DNA of 45,008 nucleotides, taken from positions 1-45,008 of the IMG/VR virus record IMGVR_UViG_3300045918_000199. One strand, given 5' to 3'. The DNA is from a virus. The translations under genes were made by a program, and so were the position numbers. This document shows, one piece after another, positions 42,801-45,008 of the stretch. The notes beneath the pieces were generated by a model, which saw only the letters and a list, made by a program, of their open reading frames with translations, was not told where the DNA came from and ran no database searches. How positions within the stretch are numbered: position 1 is the stretch's first letter; each line of letters opens with the position of its first letter.

Positions 42801-45008
42801 CCCCCCACGCCAGCCTCGGGGCGCACGCCGGTGCCCTTGTCGACGTAGAACGACAGGCGCTTGCCCAGTCGCTTGTCTGATGCGTTCTGGTAGGTCTCAC
42901 GGCCACTGCCCTTCAGGCCCGTGCCGTAGTGGTTGGTGTCCAGCAGCGGGCGCTCGGCCTTGCTGTAGTGGTAGGCCTCGACGGTCATGCCCTTGCTGAC
43001 CTTACTCAAGCTCGTGCCACCGCCCTTGCCGAAGTCGGCGCCAGCGCGCTCGTTGACCAGGTCGGTCGATGCGGTGAGCGCAGCGTCGAGCCAGCTCGGT
43101 TTGGCCTTGAGCCCGAGCAGATCAGTCTTCACCCAGTCGGCGAACTTCTGCAGCAGGGTCTTGCCCTTGTACTCGACAGAGGCCATGACCTGCTGCAGAC
43201 GGTTGTCGGTGAGCGCGCGCACGAAGAACTCGTCCTTATCGAGCAGCGCCTCCTGGATGGACAGCAGCGTCTCTTCATCGGTCACGCCCTTGCGCAGCTC
43301 TTCGGCCTGGGCCTGGAACTCTGAGTGCAGCGCGTTGAGCTGCTTGATGGCAGGCGACGTGGCCTTGGTGCTGTCGAGCTGGCCATACCTGGCAGCCACA
43401 CCCATGTGCAGCAGCTCGTGCAGGAAGGTGCCATAGGTGAGCCCCAGGCGCCCTTCCGGTACAGCTGCGCTCTTCGCTGTGTAGAGCGTGAGGGTGGGCG
43501 TGCCTGTCTTCATGCTGACGGCGCCGTGCGCGTCAGCCTTGGTGGTGTCGTCAACGGTTAGCGTGAAGTTGCTGGTAGGCAGGAAGTCCTTGACCTTCTG
43601 CGCCAGCGCCTTCATCTCCGCAGGCCCGCTCTTGATGATTTCATCGAGCGCCTTGGTGGCAGCTTCCAGCCCGTTCGTGTTGCCGCGCAGGATGCTCGCG
43701 ACGCTGGCGGGCATCTGCTTCTCGACCAGGTCGGAGAGCACGCGCGGGTCTGCCTTCGCTTCAGGCGTGACGGCGCCGAGCAGCGCGGCCAGCGCTTCGC
43801 GGCGGTTGAAGTTCACGCGCTGCTTGTTGATGCTCGGGTCGCGCGCATCGAAGTTGCCGTTGTTGCCGGTGGCGGATTTGATTTGGGTTGGCTGCGAAGG
43901 GGCGTATGTTTCGACGCCACCCTCTTTCACGATGATGCCATCGTAGCCAAGACGATGTACACCTTCTGCAAATTTTTGAGATGTCACGACACGGTAAACC
44001 AGATGGCCCCTGCCGTAATCATTTGACAGATTGTCGTCTAGGCCAAGTTTACGAAGCAGCGGCTTGATGGCGTCAACATTGTCATTCATGTCAACTTCAA
44101 TGCGGAGCGGGTTCTTTATAGACAAGTACACCGGCATCACGTTTGGGCCTGTGTAGTCTTTGTCGCTAATCGGGCGAGGGTAGCCCCCTGCCAACTCTGG
44201 ATTTGCAGAGAACCAACCAGCCCACTCGTAGCCGCCGAACTCTTCGATGTCTGCGTTTGTCCCGTGATAAACCACCAGCGGCTTGCCATCGGCATCGACG
44301 ACCTTGCTGTCACCGAACCACTCTTTGAAAGCCTGCGTCTCGGTGATTTTGCTTTGCTTGTCCTGCACCCCAGGATGCACAGCCTGGTGGTCGTCGAAGG
44401 CGACGACGTGGGTCTCTTGCTTGCCCAGGTGTTTGGCCGTGACGATGATGCCGTCGTAGCCCTGCGCGCGCAGCTCTTCGCGGTATGCGTGAGCTTCCTG
44501 CACGCTGTCAAAGCCGGGCATATCCTCGGCCTTGATGATCTTGGGGTTGCGGATGTCCAGGTGCAGCGACTCCACCTTGCCGTAGGTGGAGGCCTCGCCC
44601 TTACCGGTGGTGAACCATACGCCCAGCCCTGAGCTGGGGTTGCCGCTGGCTTTGCCTAAGCTGCCTGGCTTGAAGTGGTCTGACTTGAGGGCTTCGGCTG
44701 CGCCGCGGTGGACGAGGATTGGTTCGCCTTTTCGGCTGATGCGAGTAGCGCTAGACCACCCTTCTGCTGCGGGTTTTCCTGCAACAGTTGTGCCCAGCTT
44801 TTGTTCTGAGCCGACTCGTCCATCTCCAGCAGTTGTTCCAGGTCCATCTTGGTTTCCTTGTTGCAGCGTCTCTGCTGCGGTGGCGGGGTTCACCCCCACG
44901 ACGTTGAGAGGCCGAGCCTTCTGCGCCTCTTCAGGTGTCAGCCCCATGCGCGCGCCCAGGGCGACGTACATATTCGACACCATGATAGCATTTATCTCGT
45001 TCACGTCT
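39866..45008 (-). CDS. Giant polyvalent internal virion/ejection protein, 3' part (5' part is 1..1821 across the junction)
   Basis: Minus frame is open from the window end to TGA 39868-39866. The track M at 45004 is an internal GTG (Val). Motifs read in translation: ILVHRG/GVWFTT and VVYHGT/GWFSAN ART-like modules, HELLH (43406-43420) and HEMGH (40838-40852). Confidence 0.85.
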   Translation of the reverse strand, partial: DVNEINAIMVSNMYVALGARMGLTPEEAQKARPLNVVGVNPATAAETLQQGNQDGPGTTAGDGRVGSEQKLGTTVAGKPAAEGWSSATRISRKGEPILVHRGAAEALKSDHFKPGSLGKASGNPSSGLGVWFTTGKGEASTYGKVESLHLDIRNPKIIKAEDMPGFDSVQEAHAYREELRAQGYDGIIVTAKHLGKQETHVVAFDDHQAVHPGVQDKQSKITETQAFKEWFGDSKVVDADGKPLVVYHGTNADIEEFGGYEWAGWFSANPELAGGYPRPISDKDYTGPNVMPVYLSIKNPLRIEVDMNDNVDAIKPLLRKLGLDDNLSNDYGRGHLVYRVVTSQKFAEGVHRLGYDGIIVKEGGVETYAPSQPTQIKSATGNNGNFDARDPSINKQRVNFNRREALAALLGAVTPEAKADPRVLSDLVEKQMPASVASILRGNTNGLEAATKALDEIIKSGPAEMKALAQKVKDFLPTSNFTLTVDDTTKADAHGAVSMKTGTPTLTLYTAKSAAVPEGRLGLTYGTFLHELLHMGVAARYGQLDSTKATSPAIKQLNALHSEFQAQAEELRKGVTDEETLLSIQEALLDKDEFFVRALTDNRLQQVMASVEYKGKTLLQKFADWVKTDLLGLKAKPSWLDAALTASTDLVNERAGADFGKGGGTSLSKVSKGMTVEAYHYSKAERPLLDTNHYGTGLKGSGRETYQNASDKRLGKRLSFYVDKGTGVRPEAGVGGIAHKAQLSNIYDANTDPLRLKKGSQTDFETRVLDAGYSGYLDRMSGEQPGQVILLGDQTVKPEVLGPRTKIEEAQRVPDAGPRVALGRDVVLDALRADSSLPAGSAPLSRWKEILSKDPAVLDAFERAGVFNGDLTQTMYKSELFKSFESKTPDPVYKQDDKVAKLAKIEKHLTDKERGKLNKATAGRLVDYFDSLPHADEFAAVAWAGRAKRGWYKESAKAIGQVFGPDAPRFVGLLAAMSPQNPVQTNLLNSLHTWKNWVAAGRPQTREEIVKVMGASVEGSGGVDSVLDAWINNSVRALTTENPGTDLLSGPKVDSFMRNLLGNVNEVTNDAWMANFALVDQKMFKGSLNSTDAGKGPGYLAMNAKVRQAAKILTEKTGETWTPAEVQETIWSWAKTLYEAQTADKSATDILMDESLTDDMLRSTPDFKGLFHDAKYEAILRDAGLGDRLSDLDSGAAATEVSRAGRETAPFVGVVQGRHENRAAKRLEILRRDGKPGGDVLNQATDGNLVNIGLNVEGGAPLTPAAVLDALKAIGVTVETHEVHESNTEPTVVAKLDRPLTPEEAHALSVTLKQQAIAQLSDGEGGVHGPMAEAWSPFNPEFFLLMDGTKLSDADLSQPGGSRGTYNPKTLTISLLENADLSTFHHEMGHFYLDALTQLALDGNTSAASDMTKVLKWFGVSDLASWNTMSLEEKRQFHEKFAEHYELYLFEGRAPSKEMHGIFQRFSSWMKNVYRSLQDFMKAHNSDLTDEVRGVYDRMLATEAQIEETEAARKMTPLFTTAEEAGMEPDEWTQYQLAAQNATEDAIEKLQARSLRDLKWSVSARNKAIKAVTKDVEAKRKAVEAEVRAEVEQQPVYVAKDYLDSLKGERNDADIQFMSEQLGYTSPDQMLRAIAEAQPIKHVIEGMTDQRLLERYGDLTTPKGIERAADEAIHNEARANFVATELRALEDGVRLKSEPNTKVLEKLKECIKA
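44882..45008. repeat. Terminal duplication, copy 2 (identical to 1-127)
   Basis: Read directly. Confidence 0.95.

Noticed and set aside
1-45008. tRNA genes, CRISPR arrays, integrase or att sites, a single-subunit RNA polymerase, and toxin-antitoxin pairs
   Set aside because: I saw no cloverleaf-like T-arm consensus, no regularly spaced repeat-spacer array, no tyrosine- or serine-recombinase motifs and no ORF with RNAP motifs. Absence established by eye is weaker than a tRNAscan, minCED or HMM scan.

Overview
The window is a complete, circularly closed tailed-phage genome. Bases 1-127 recur exactly at 44882-45008, a 127-nt overlap of the kind assemblers leave, so the unique genome is 44,881 bp. 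It is a high-GC (above 60 % by eye) podovirus-type genome with about 60 tightly packed genes. Many are translationally coupled through ATGA, GTGA or TGATG overlaps. Genes fall into three arms. (1) A leftward early arm, 20341 down to 16329: a Cro-like HTH protein, a prim-pol/helicase, an AT-rich island of small accessory genes that includes a Lar-like fusion, and an HTH protein. (2) A rightward replication arm, 20491 to 30102: small Zn-ribbon and membrane proteins, a DUF2800-like PD-(D/E)xK nuclease, a DUF2815-like SSB, a family-A DNA polymerase, VRR-NUC and an SNF2 helicase. (3) A leftward late arm of about 31 kb that starts at 16140, runs through base 1, re-enters at 44881 and ends at 30056. 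It encodes an HTH protein, TerS, TerL, an HNH endonuclease, portal, scaffold, major capsid and cement proteins, tail tubular A/B, internal virion proteins, a six-gene block of unknown function, two receptor-binding proteins and the lysis cassette. I saw no phage RNA polymerase, integrase, reverse transcriptase, tRNA or CRISPR array. The main leads are as follows. A 2,278-aa gene spans the contig junction, so the ORF track misses its 5' third. It carries two tandem ART-like modules and two HEXXH motifs and sits in the T7 gp16 (ejected core protein) slot. Directly downstream of it lies the uncharacterised six-gene block. A dense GTTGCA/TGCAAC repeat array with an 18-bp palindrome lies at the early/late boundary. 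There are three low-GC mosaic patches: the accessory island, the second ART module and the tail-fibre tip cassette. The SSB-like protein and a small Zn-ribbon protein share an acidic DEFEDVA tail encoded by an identical 20-nt repeat. All family assignments come from motifs read by eye and from memory of those families. No database search was run.
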